This document shows, piece after piece, positions 23,811 to 36,039 of a stretch of 64,000 nt of DNA. Below the pieces are notes generated by a model. The model was not told the origin of the DNA and searched no databases. It saw only the letters and a program-made list of their open reading frames with translations. This DNA is from Squalus acanthias (Eukaryota). The stretch spans positions 83,640,001 through 83,704,000 of the forward strand of contig CM059432.1 in the NCBI GenBank assembly GCA_030390025.1. Direction: 5' to 3'. A program made the position numbers and the translations under genes. How positions within the stretch are numbered: the stretch's first letter is position 1; every line of letters starts with the position of its first letter.

Positions 23811-24216
23811 CCTATTTCCTATGTTCTGAATGAAGAATTAACCCAACTAATAGGTGCCTCTGATTCTGTCAGTAACTGGTCATCCATTGTATATCAACAT
23901 GCACCATAAATATGCATATATCAAAGCATGTAGTTTAAATAACTTGTTATAGAATCCTATATTGCTTTATATAAAGAAAAAACTTGTATTTACGTAGCAC
24001 CTTTTACAACCTCAGGACATCCCAACACTTCACAGCCAATTAATTATTTTTGAAGTGTAGTTATTGTTTTAATGTAGGGAAATGTAGTAGCCAATTTGTG
24101 CAAAGCCAGGTCCCACAAACAGCAATGAAATAAATGACCAATTAAACTGGTTTAGTGCTGTTAGTTGAGGGATGAATGTTGGCCAGTACACAAGGAAAAC
24201 ACCCATGTCTTCTTCT

Positions 24217-25732
24217 TAGTAAAACTGAAGTCAATGGGAATCGGGGGGAAAACGTTCCACTGGCTGGAGTCATACCTAGCACAAAGGAAGATGGTTGTGG
24301 TGGTTGAAGGTCAATCATCACAGCCCCAGGACATTGCTGCAGGAGTTCCTCAGGGCAGTGTTCCAGGCCCAACCATCTTCAGGTGCTTCATCAATGACCT
24401 TCCCTCCAACATAAGGTCAGAAATGGGGATGTTCGCTGATGACTGCACAGAGTTCAGCGCCATTCACAACTCCTCAGATAATGAAGCAGTCCATGCCCAC
24501 ATGCAACAAGACCTGGATGACGTTCAAGTTTGGGCTGATAAGTGGCAGGTAACATTCGCGCCACTCAAGTGCCAGGCAATGACTATCTCCAACAAGCGAA
24601 AGTCTAACCACCACCCCTTGACATTCAACGGTATTACCATCGCTGAATCCCCCACCATCAATACCCTGGGGGTCACCATTGACCAGAAACTTAACTGGAC
24701 CATCCACATAAATACTGTGGTAACAAGAGCAGGTCAGAGGCTGGGTATTCTGCGGCGAGTGTCTCACCTCCTGACTCCCCAAAGCCTTTCCCCCATCTAC
24801 AAGGCACAAGTCAGGAGTGTGATGGAATACTCTCCACTTGCCTGGATGAGTGCAGCTCCAACAACACTCAAGAAGCTCGACACCATCCAAGACAAAACAA
24901 CCCGCTTATAACAACAGAAAACGCTGGAAAAACTCAGCAGGCCAGGCAGCATCCGTGGAGAGAGAAACAGAGTTAACGTTTCAGGTCGAAGACCTTTCGT
25001 CAGAACTGGAAAAAAGCAGGAAATGAAATAGATTTTAAAGCAAGTATAATGCTGGGAAAATGGGGAGGGGATGAAAGAACAAAAGGGAAGGTCAGTGGTA
25101 GGATAGAAAGCAGGAGAGGTTAAGAGACATTAAGAGATATTCAAGGCAAGAGGAGGTGGAAATGTGACAGGTTGAGGAACAAAGGATGGCTCTAGATGAA
25201 GTGTGAAATGCACTGGCAGAATGAAGGACAGCTGCCAGCTTCTGGGAGGGAAGAGAAAAAAAAAGACCAAACAAAAGGGTGGATAAAAAAAAAATAAAAC
25301 CCGCTTGACTGGCACCCCATCCACCACCTTAAACCTTCACTCCCTCCACCACCGGCGTACCGTGGCTGCAGTGTGTACCATCTACAAGATGCACTGCAGC
25401 AACTCACCAAGGCTTCTTCGGCAGCATCTCCCAAACCCGCGACCTCTTCCACCTAGAAGGACAAGGGCAGCAGACGCATGGGAACACCACCACCTCCAAG
25501 TTCCCCTCCAAGTCACACACCATCCTGACTTAGAATTATATCGCCGATCCTTCATCATTGCTGGGTCAAAATCCTGGAACTCCCTCCCTAACAGCACTGT
25601 GGGAGTACCTTCACCACACGGACTGCAGCAGTTCAAGAAGGCGGCTCACTACCACCTTCTCAAGGGCAATTAGGGATGGGCAATAAATGCTGGCCTTGCC
25701 AGCGACGCCCACATCCCATAAATGAATTTTAA
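24217..25732 (+). mobile_element. CR1-Zenon-like LINE 3' part, interrupted by a Penelope-derived fragment
   Basis: ORF 24165-24911 (GVPQGSV, FADD, YKAQVRSVMEY) continues in 25305-25673. 3' UTR GGCAATAAATGCTGGCCTTGCCAGCGACGCCCACATCCC. Confidence 0.88.
24908..25297 (-). mobile_element. Penelope-derived short insert with a hammerhead motif at 24971-25007
   Basis: 9-bp duplication AACCCGCTT (24899-24907, 25298-25306). Minus strand reads AGUU-CUGACGA-a-AGGUC(uuc)GACCU-GAAA-CG-UU-AACU. Confidence 0.75.
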
Positions 25733-25932
25733 AAAATAGGGCCATGGATCTTTTGCATTCACCAGAGAGGGCAGATAGGACTTTGGTTTAACATCTCAAC
25801 CAAAACCTTCAACAGAACCACACTGTGTGACACACAATAACTGTGATTTCATAGTGAGAGTATATCACCTTGAGATTTCACAATCTGGCCATTGGGTTCC
25901 CACAAATTGCTCAAAATGCTTTCTGAAACATT

Positions 25933-26305
25933 GGCCTGGATATTAACGGTCGGGTTATGTAGACGGGTGTGGTGGGGTGGGGGCGTTGCGGTGGGGGAGG
26001 TGGTTTAACTCCACAGTGTGAGTCATTTGTCCTTGACATGTTCTCCGCCCGGAACTCAGCCTGCTTGACAGGCTTAGCTTCCAGTCGGGCGACGAGGTGT
26101 CCGGAGCAGGCCCCAGGAGCAGGTAGGTCCGATCTACAACCCCTGCGGGGTGGGTCCGACCCAGAGGGGGGTCCAATCCCAAACCCTGGTGGGGGTTCTG
26201 ATCCCGGGGTCTTTGTATGTGGGGGGGTCTGATTGGGGATGGAGAGCTTGAGGGGCCAGGGGGGGAACACTCTTGCTCCTTCTGTCCCACAAGCAGTGCG
26301 GTAAA
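25933..26305. mobile_element. One end of a further Harbinger-type non-autonomous element
   Basis: Starts ATT|GGCCTGGATATT and is GC-rich. No partner TIR was seen; the right boundary is approximate. Confidence 0.4.
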
Positions 26306-26392
26306 GACTTGTTTAATAATACATTGCTTCTTATAACTCCTACTTTCAGCTGTCTATTTCTTCAAAGCAGACGAACAGTTAGCAGTCCGAGC

Positions 26393-26650
26393 TAGGGTTG
26401 CCAATCCTCCAGGTTTGTCCTGGAGTCTCCAGGAATAAACGATTAATCTCCTGGGCACTGCTGCAAGCAACCCAGGAGAAAAATCATAGGGGCACTAAAC
26501 TTGTTCATTTTTATTTTCTTTGAAAACTTTTGTTTTTTAGTTATAAAAATATTGAAGGTGGGGCGGAAGAAAGGCTTTTTGACTGGTTGGAGGCAAGAGG
26601 TCATGTGATAAAACCTCCAGGAATACATCCAACCACAGTTGGCAACTCTA
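26393..26650. mobile_element. hAT-type MITE
   Basis: TIRs TAGGGTTGCCAA / TTGGCAACTCTA and an 8-bp duplication GTCCGAGC / GTCCTAGC. Confidence 0.8.
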
Positions 26651-27178
26651 GTCCTAGCTAATCTTCACGTTCAATTTTTATTCAGAAAGATGAAGGAAAT
26701 TCAGAATTAAAAGATCAAAGGTCAAATGTTTTAAACTGATTGTTTTAACAATTTGCAGCTCTCCATTTCTTCATTGCACATACTGACTCAAAACCATTGA
26801 TGTGATAAAGGTAAATACTAATTGGTGGTGTGCATGAAAAGACTTAACAGTAAAGTTGAACTGAAAGGCTATGATATTTGACCCAGTTTCAAACCACAAG
26901 CTTCTACCATTAATTCACTTAGATGGTTAAAGCCCTGGCTGCAGGCTGCTACAGACTAACCACAATACCTCAGATATAACCTGTGCTTTGATGAATCAAC
27001 TTGCATCAAAACCAGGGGAATAGCTTCCTAAATTAAAGCTACTTTGTTCCTGTCTATATGTAGAATACAAAAGCAAATATAACTGTAGAATTAGCTCCTT
27101 GATTTTCCAAGTCTACTGTGTATAGAGATTTATAACAAAGTACTGTGTTGTCCATTTTTCAAAGTTTGCAATTAAATT

Positions 27179-27941
27179 GGGCCAGAAATTCGGGTCGGAG
27201 GCTTCCCGCGGGTGCAAGCCCCCAACCTGCACTTGCCTAGCGCGCCTGCCGTTGTGCTCTGGGCCCGCGTGGAATTCCGATCCTGGGCCTCCTCCAGCTG
27301 CCAGTGTGCAGTGCTTGCGTATCCCAGGGGCGCAGTTAATTCGAAGCGTTCCCTGGGATCACGTGGGCCATGGAGAGCCAATCGGAGCAGGGAATCTCCA
27401 TTCATAGATTTGACAGAAAGACCTGTCAAATCCATGAATAGAGATCGGCCCCAAAACCGCATTAAAACTTCAAATACATTTTTTTTTTAATCACATTTTT
27501 AAAATAACTATAAATTACACAAAATAACTATTTTAAACAATAATTTAAATTTTTGAAAAAATTAATTACAGTTTTTAACAGGGCTAAAAATAAACTTACC
27601 TTTCTTTAAAGTATTTAAAAATAATAAACCTGTGGAAAAAATGTTTTAATTTTAGTTAATTCACCACTTACCTTGTTAAAAGCAGGCCTTGCGCCTGCTT
27701 TTTCCCCGTGCAGCTGCTGGGGACTTACCCTCACACAGAAACCTGAAAAAAAAATGGAAGTCCGATGCGTGCATGCTGCCTCTCCGGCGCACGCGTTTGA
27801 CCTCCGAACCCCTTCCTTCAAGGGAACGGAAGTTCCGGTTTCCAGTGAATGCGCAGTGCATGCGCGAAACCGGCACTTTCGTTGGGTCTACGGGTGAGTA
27901 CGCAGCGCGTACTCATCCGTGGAGACCCGAATTTCTGGCCC
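27179..27941 (-). mobile_element. Non-autonomous Harbinger-type MITE, family A (763 bp)
   Basis: Perfect 18-bp TIR GGGCCAGAAATTCGGGTC and an exact ATT duplication. Collinear with 313-1077. Confidence 0.9.
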
Positions 27942-28775
27942 ATTATGGTTTTTTTCCCTGTTTTATGTTTGTGCAGCAATAAAGATTCCTGTGAAGGACA
28001 GCTAAGTGATTTGAGAAATCACTTCTACCAAGTCTCCCTTAATAGGGAAACAGACAAATGAGCTGATCTAACCACACAATCTGCTTCATGGGCAATACAC
28101 AAAGAACGTACCTTCACACAAATTCTTTTGTGGAGAGTAGGCCCCTGAGTTGTGAATACACCTCCATAGTGGGAAATAGATCATTGAGCTGCAAACCAAT
28201 TACCACAGGATCACTTTGTGGGGAATGGATCACTCAGCTCCCCTCAGTCTCCTTCAGTGGAGAATAGGTAAGGGAATTGTGATCCTTTCACCTTCATGTA
28301 TATTGGCGAAATATTCCAAAATTCTCAACGAATATACATTCCATTGAAAATTAAAAACTCCACGGGAAAAGTGATCCATCCGTGGCTAACTAACGAAGTT
28401 ATGGATAGTATTAGATTAAAAGAAGAGGCTTATAGTGTTGTGAAGAAACGTAGTAAGCCTAATGATTGGGAGAGCTTTAGAAACCAGCAAAGGATGACGA
28501 AAAAATTGATAAAACGGGAGAAAATAGAATATGAGAATAAATTAGCAAGAAGTACAAAATCAGATTGTAAGAGTTTGTACAAGTATGTAAAAAGGAAGAG
28601 AGCAGCAAAAGGAAATATTGGTCCCTTAGTGGCTGAGAAAGGAGAAATTGTATTGGGGAACAAGGAAGTGGCTGAGACTTTAAACAAATATTTTGTATCT
28701 GTCTTCACAATAGAAGACACAAAAAGCATAACAAAAATAGTGGGGAACCAAGGGGCTAATGAGAGTGAGGAACTT

Positions 28776-30856
28776 CATAGAATCATAGAAATTTACAGCA
28801 CAGAAGGAGGCCATTCGGTCCATCTTGTCCGTGCCGGCTGACAAAGAGCTATCCACCCTAATCCCACTTTCCAGCACTTGGTCCGTAGCCTTGTAGGTTA
28901 GGGCACTTCAAGTGCATATCCAAGTACTTTTTAAATGTGATGAGGGTTTCTGCCTCTATCACCCTTTCAGGCAGTGAGTTCCAGATCCCCACCACCCTCT
29001 GGGTGAAAACATTTCTCCTCAAATCCCCTATACACCTCCTACCAATTACTTTAAATCCATGCTCCCTGGTTATTGACCCTTCTGCTAAGGAAAATAGGTC
29101 CTTCCTATCCACTCTAGCTTGGCCCCTCATAATTTTATACACCTCAATTAGGTCTCCCCTCAGCCTCCTCTGTTCCAAAGAAAACAACCTCAGCCTCTCC
29201 AATCTTTCCTCATAGCTAAAATTCCCCAGCCCAGGCAACATCCTCGTAAATCCCCTCTGCACCCTCTCTAGTGCAATCACATCCTTCCTGTAATGTGGTG
29301 ACCAGAACTGCGTGCAGTATTCTAGCTGTGGCCTAACTAGTGTTTTATACAGTTCAAGCATAACCTCACTGCTCTTATATTCTATGCCTCAGCTAGTAAA
29401 GGCAAGTATCCCGTATGCTTTCTTAACCACCTTATCTACCTGTCCTGCTACCTTCAGGGATCTGTGGACATGCACTCCAAGGTCCCTCTGATCCTCTGCA
29501 CTTCTCAGTGTCCTTCCATTTATTGTGTATTCCCTTGCCTTGTTAGCCCTCCCCAAATGCATTACCTCACATTTCTCTGGATTGAATTCCATTTGCCACT
29601 GTTCTGCCCACCTGACCAGTTCAGTGATATCTTCCTGCAGTCTACAGCTTTCTTCCTCACTATCAACCACACGGCCAATTTTTGTATCATCTGCAAACTT
29701 CTTAATCATACTTCAAGACCAAATCATTGATATATACCACAAAAAGCAAAGGACCCAGTACTGAGCCCTGCGGAACCCCACTGGAAACAGCCTTCCAGTC
29801 ACAAAAACACCCTTCAACCATTAACTTTGTTTCCTGCCTCTGAGCCAATTTTGGATCCAGCTTGCCACTTTGCCTTAGATCCCATGGGCTTTTACTTTCG
29901 TGACCAGTCTGCCATGTGGGACCTTATCAAAAGCCTTGCTAAAATCCATATAGACTACATCAAACGCACTACCCTCATCGACCCTCCTTGTTACCTCCTC
30001 AAAAACTTCAATCAAGTTAGTCAGACACGACCTTCCCTTAACAAATCCATGCTGACTGTCTCTGACTAATCCGTGACTTTCTAAATGAAGATTTATCCTG
30101 TCCTTCAGAATTTTTTCCAATAATTTTCTCACCACTGAGGTTATGCTGACTGGCCTGTAATTACTCGGTCTATCCCTTTCTCCCTTTTTAAACAACGGTA
30201 CCACATTAGCAGTCCTCCAGTCCTCCGGCACCACACCTGTAGCCAGAGAGGATTGGAAAATGATGGTCAGAGCCTCTGCTATTTCCTCTCTTACTTCTCG
30301 TAACAGTCTGGGATACATTTCATCCGGGCCTGGGGATTTATCCACTTTCAAAGATGCTAAACCCCTTAATACTTCCTCTTTCACTATGTTTATTTCATCT
30401 AATATTTCACACTCCTCCTCCCTGATTGCAATGTCGGCATCATTCCTCTCTTTTGTGAAAACAGACGCAAAGTATTCATTAAGAACCATACCCATGTCTT
30501 CCACCTCCACAGACAGGTTACCTTTATGGTCCCTAATAGGCCCTACTCTTACTTTAGTTATCCTCTGGCTCTTAATGTATTTATAAAACATGTTTGGGTT
30601 TTCCTTGATTTTACTTGCCAATATTTTTCATGCCCTCTCTTTGCTTTCCTAATTTCCTTTTAAATTTCACCCCTGCACTTTCTATACTGCTCTAGGGTTT
30701 CTGCAGTATTGAGCCCTCAGTATCTGTCACAAGCTTCCCTTGTTTTCTTTATCCTTCCCTGAATACCCCTTGACATCCAGGGAGCTCTAGATTGTTAGTC
30801 ACACACTTTTTCTTTAAGGGAACATACTTGCTCTGAACCCTCACCATCTCCTCCTT
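28776..30856 (-). mobile_element. CR1 (HER1-type) LINE nested antisense in another CR1
   Basis: ORFs 29875-30621, 29389-29709 and 28858-29361; (ATTCTATG)n tail; flanking GAACTT duplication (28770-28775, 30857-30862). Confidence 0.92.
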
Positions 30857-31506
30857 GAACTTAAAGTAATTAATATCAGTAGAGAAAAAGTACTTGAGAA
30901 ACTAAGGGGACTAAAAGCCGACAAATCCCCTGGACCTGACAGCCTACATCCTAGGGTTCTAAAAGAGGTGGCTGCAGAGATAGTGGATGCATTGGTTGTG
31001 ATCTTTCAAAATTTTCAAAAGGCATTCAATAAGGTGCCATATAAAAGGTTGTTACACAAGATAAGGTCTCATGGATTTGGGGGTAATGTATTAGCATGGA
31101 TAAAGGATTGGTTAATGGACAGGAAACAGAGATTAGGGATAAATGGGACATTTTCAGGTTGGCAGGCTGTGGGGTGCTGCAAGGATCAGTGCTTGGGCGT
31201 CAGCTATTTACAATCTATATTAATGACTTAGATGAAGGGACTGAGTGCAATGTATCCAAGTTTGCTGATGATACAAAGCTAGGTGGGAAAGTAAGCTGTG
31301 AGGAGAACACAAAGGTCCTGCAAAGGGATATCGACACGTTACGTGAGTAGGCAATAAGGTGGCAGATGGAGTATAATGTGGGGAAATGTGAGGTGATTCA
31401 CTTTGGTAGGAAGAATAGGAGAAGCAGAATATTTTTTTAAATGGTGAGAAACTATTAAATGTTGGTGTTCAGGGAGACTTAGGTGTCCTAGTACAAGAAA
31501 CACAGA

Positions 31507-32260
31507 GGGCTGGATTTTCAATGTCGGGTTTGGAGGCGTGTGGGGGGTTAAAATTGCGAAAAGTGGTGGGCGGACCTGATCCCAACTCCATTCCGCCTCC
31601 ACGCAATTTTGACAAAATCGGTCGCGGGGTTCCTGACTCCGTCCCACCTCCAAGAGGCGGGAGAGGCCATTAAAGCCCTTAACAAGCCCTAAATTGGCTC
31701 TGTCATGCCATTTTGAAGCATTTTAGGTAGTTTAACCCTTTTCCCACGTGAAGCACGCCTGATGTGAAACACGCCAGTGAAACCTGGCGGGAGCACAAGT
31801 GGATTGCTGACTCTCAGCTGCAGGTCCACTATTACAATGGAGATGTGATGAAGGTAGTAGTAGTATTAGGTCTGAAAGTCGCCTCTGATGCTGCTGCATT
31901 GAATGTCTTCAGAGACTGCCTGGCCTTTGCTCTGAGAGGACCTGGATGCAAAAAAAAAATTCTCTCTCTCTCTCTCTCTCTGATGCTGCTCATTTTGCAT
32001 CCAGGTCCTCTCACAGCAAAGGCCAGGCAGTCTCTGAGACCAGGCAGTCTCTGACCTGCAATGCAGCAGCAATGATGACACCATCAGAGGCGACTTTCAG
32101 ACTGAAAACACTAATTGGTTCATGGGTTCCCACATGCTGGAACTCAATTGCCCAATTAGGTGAACATTGCATCAATCTCCCACATCAAATTGCAGTCGGG
32201 TGGATAACACGAAATGCGGATGACACCACCCCAACCCGCCCCAGTATCAAAATCCAGCCC
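31507..32260 (+). mobile_element. Harbinger MITE, family C (deletion derivative related to 48338-51575), with a central fold-back
   Basis: TIRs GGGCTGGATTTT / AAAATCCAGCCC with flanks AGA/ATA. Both ends are collinear with the ends of 48338-51575. Confidence 0.88.
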
Positions 32261-33189
32261 ATAGAGTTAACATGGAGGTACAGCAAGCAATTAGGAAGGC
32301 AAATGGCATGTTGGCCTTTATTGCAAGGGGGTTGGAGTACAAGAGTAATGAAGTCTTGCTACAATTGTACAGGGCTTTGATGAGATCACACCTGGAGTAT
32401 TGTGCACAGTTTTGGTCTCCTTATCTAAGGAAGGCTATACTTTCCTTAGAGGCAGTGCAACAAAGGATCACTAGTTTGATTCCTGGGATGAGAGGGTTGT
32501 CCTATGAGGAGAGATTGAGTAGATTGTACCAATACTCTGGAGTTTAGGAGAATGAGAGGTGACCTCATTGAAACATATAAGATTCTGAGGGGGATTGACA
32601 GGATAGATGCTGCGAGATTGTTTCCCCTGGCTGGAGAGTCTAGAACTAGGGGGCATAGTCTCAGAATAAGGGGTCAGCCATTTAAGACTGAGATGAGGAG
32701 GAATTTCTTCATTCAGAGGGTTGTGAATCTTTGGAATTCTCTGCCCCAAAGGGCTGTCGATGCTCAATCGTTGAGTATATTCAAGGCTGAGATAGATAGA
32801 TTTTTGGACTCTAGCGAATCAAGGGATATGGGGTTCAGGGCGGGAAAGTGGAGTTGAGGTCGAAGATCAGCCATGATCTTATTGAATGGTGGAGCAGGCT
32901 CGAGGGGCCATATGGCCTACTCCTGCTCCTAATTCTTATGTTCTTATGTTCTTATTTAGTTTGCCGGAGTGAGTTGCTTCTTTCACACCTCCAACTGAAT
33001 CACGCTCAAGGGGACAGATGAACAAGTTTTGAATTTCTTCAAGTCCATGCTACTACTGTTCAGAAGTTAATACGGTCACAAGTCTAGTGATAATATACAA
33101 AGGTCAAAAATAACTGTTGTTTCCAATCAGCCAAAGTTCCTAGCCAAAATACCACTCGTTACTATCAGTGCCAACAGTACAACTTTGCA

Positions 33190-33281
33190 ACAATGGCTAC
33201 ACTTCAAAAGTACTTCATTGGCTGTAAAGCGCATTGGGATTTCCTGAGGTTGTAAAAGGCGCTATATAAATGCAAGTCTTT
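33190..33281 (+). mobile_element. Deu-SINE 3' tail fragment
   Basis: CTACACTTCAAAAGTACTTCATTGGCTGTAAAGCG...AAAGGCGCTATATAAATGCAAGTC. Confidence 0.65.
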
Positions 33282-36039
33282 ATTAGTTAATACTGTCTCA
33301 GTGAAATTAAATTTCATTACCATTAACAAGTAGCTAATTAAAATATCAAATACTTTCAACATAATTAAATCTGGCTTACTTTCTAATTTTTTACATCTAT
33401 ATTGCTAAGACATTTATTTAATTTTAAGTAATAATATATTTTATCTGTACATGTTTTTACATATTCTTTGACAGTTTCTTCATTTATAAGGTGCCCTCAT
33501 TTTTTCCTGCGTTAGGCAGCATCTGTGGTGCCCAGAACTCATCCTGAGGCATGAAACACGCATTCTGAGAAACCGTGAACAAGCCTATTTCCTTCCTAAA
33601 CATCCAATAGCACCCTGTGCAATATTTAATCTGGTGCCAGCTACATAAAGAGGATGAATTAACTAATAGAGTCTTGGCTACTCCTGCATACCCTGAAGTC
33701 ACTCCTCCATTGTTTGCTTATTCTTTTGAAGCTCTGGGAAAAATATATATCAAAGTGTCGCAGTTTGACAGAACTTTGCACACTTAGACGCTGGCTCCAT
33801 GACAAAAGCACATTCAACAGAAGAGTTTTTCATGTTCTGCTACCCCAGAGCACTTCTCAGGGACATGAAAGGTGGGCTGCGTCAAAGTACAGATTATATG
33901 CCCCTGCATGAAGCTGACAAGGCTGTGTGAACTGACTGCTGTATTTGGCTCCCAGTCGTACAGGCCAGGAGCCTCAGGTAAAGCTGTCCTGAAATATGAC
34001 AGTTTGACAGGTGAGCCTGTATTAAGCACCAGTCACAGGAAGTAAATAAGGAGGCCCAGTCTTCAGCTAACAATGTGACAACACCAGCTTTGCCTCAAAG
34101 AGTTGAGACTGATATCAGGTTGTAAGTGGAGTTCTTGATGGAATTGGTGGTGAAAATGTGAATCTAATGTACCAAGAGACTGATTATATATTTACTTCAA
34201 ATCTCTGACATCACTTTTTGGTGCTTTTTAACTTATTGAAGTGCATTTGAATGATGTTAGTAACACCTTTAGACAACAGTTTAAAAGGCAGCTGGTTAAA
34301 AAGTATTAAAGTGGTAGACCAACATATGATATTCTGTTGTAATACCAACACCTTCCGACAATGCCGGCTTTCAAAAAGACAGCACCTGCCTCAATAGGAA
34401 GTGTTAAATTATGATGCTGTATAGAGCATGTGTTTATGTGCTGTCGCTGTAAAATCCACATATAATGAACTCTGACATACTCAGTTTGTAGAAAATATTC
34501 CAGTGCCCAAATTCTGTTACCATATAATTGAATAGAATAATACTTCTTATGACAAGAATTTAGCATTTTTTCTATAATGGATAGGCAACCATTGCACCCA
34601 TGTTAATGAGATGCAAATGATAGGTAAAAGATTGCATGACATTTTTCACTCATTTACCTCTCAATATAATCCACCCATCCATACTTGCACCCGGCATCAC
34701 TTCCAGCAGGAAATGCCACAAGTTCCATGGGCAGGAGGGAGCCAGTGGAACGGCTCCATGCCTGATTTTCCTCCCGCACCCACCCACCAGTTCCTCTATG
34801 TAATGTGATAGGAAATTCAGGACTACTGTGTCATTAGTCTGATCTGATGCTTATATCACCCACACTGAGCTATTTTCTGTAAGTGAATCTAAATTTAACT
34901 CTGACCTTACTGTGACCAGAATTATGCTAACTGATAGCAAAGACAACTAGCAAGTTTAAAAACAATTGCTGCTTCTGTTTATGTTGTGGCAACTTCTTAC
35001 AATTTGAGGTGGCCATCCCGTAAATGCCGCCAGTACCCATTTGAAATATTTAAATACTCTGACTCTGAGATCTGGGCTGAGTCAGGGGTGTGAGCAAGGA
35101 GTAGGCAGAAGACCCATCCCACTATCACCCCATTGTGATAGTGATCTTGTGAATGCTGGGTAGCCGTTGGGTGGTTGGGAAGTCATATGCCTCAACACGT
35201 CCATGTGATGAACCACTCGTTGAGCCAGCTGATTACCCTTAGCACTGTGAGGCTGTGATGATGGAACTGAGCAGAACACATAAGGACAAAACAGGAGAGA
35301 TTCAGTGCGATAAGCAACTTCTGGTCTTTAAGAGGGTCTGTGGTGAGTTGGGGAGAATGAGTGCGACTGCTGATTGCATGGTGACCGTGGGCAAGGAAAG
35401 AATGACATGGTTGTTACACCTAGTCATGATGAATGTGAGGCAAATGGTGGTGTTGCATGATACAGGCACCTAGAATTTCCTCAGTGGAACCCCCAGAGAA
35501 ATGCAGTAAATGGCTAAAAATGGCCATTTACGATGCTTCTCAATTGTTTATGATAATGGTTACCAAGGGGCTGATGGAGGCCCAGAAATTATGTCCATTT
35601 TTTAGGTGTCCAGGCCAAGACCCAGGCCTGAATCCCTGGTGAACCTCAATTCTGCCAGCTGGAGAACTGGAAAGCCTCTTCCCACCCAGCATATCAGCTG
35701 CCTGGTGGATTCCAGGCCAGGGAAACCCCAGCTTGGGAGTCCTCTTCCACCAGCCATGTACCTTCTGATGTAGGTGACAATGTTTGGGGCCAGATTCATT
35801 CCAAAGCCAGGCCCAATGCATAACTGCAGTATTGTGTCCTATTGTGCAGCAATGCAAAGGTATTCAAACTGAAAGTGGCATTGCTGCATGATACAGAGTT
35901 TTGCTCTCTTAAGTCACTATGCAGCAAGTGCAAGAGGAGGGACAGGAGACCCTGAGCAGGACGATGGCAATGAGCACAAGGCTGAAGTATTGCCTAATGT
36001 ACTGAAGCTGCAGCCAGGAAGAAATCCAACAACAAGTTG

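Larger units (their letters stand above)
23973..25805 (-). mobile_element. Deu-SINE split (23973-24216 and ~25733-25805) by a Zenon-like LINE
   Basis: SINE tail and core on - stop at 24216 and resume with GCCATGGATCTTTTGCATTCACC...GGTTTAACATCTCA. Confidence 0.65.
28295..32953 (+). mobile_element. CR1 LINE fragment hosting a second CR1 (28776-30856) and a MITE (31507-32260)
   Basis: ORF2 pieces at 28296-28775, 30863-31506 and 32264-32857; (TTCTTATG)n tail at 32933-32953. Confidence 0.9.

Noticed and set aside
31000..31025. Internal CR1 deletion at TTTCAAAATTTTCAAAA
   Set aside because: An ordinary microhomology-mediated deletion in a dead copy.
8961..33647. Possible plus-strand exon chain (8961-8992, 10842-10966, 22730-22840, 33491-33647), the first three with compatible phases
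   Set aside because: The donors are weak, one acceptor tract appears repeat-derived, and the joined peptide resembles nothing I recognise. Chance is a sufficient explanation.
35080..35860. Minus-strand fragments resembling GDSG/LGxKG transposase motifs
   Set aside because: Too degenerate; no TIR pair or continuous alignment is visible.
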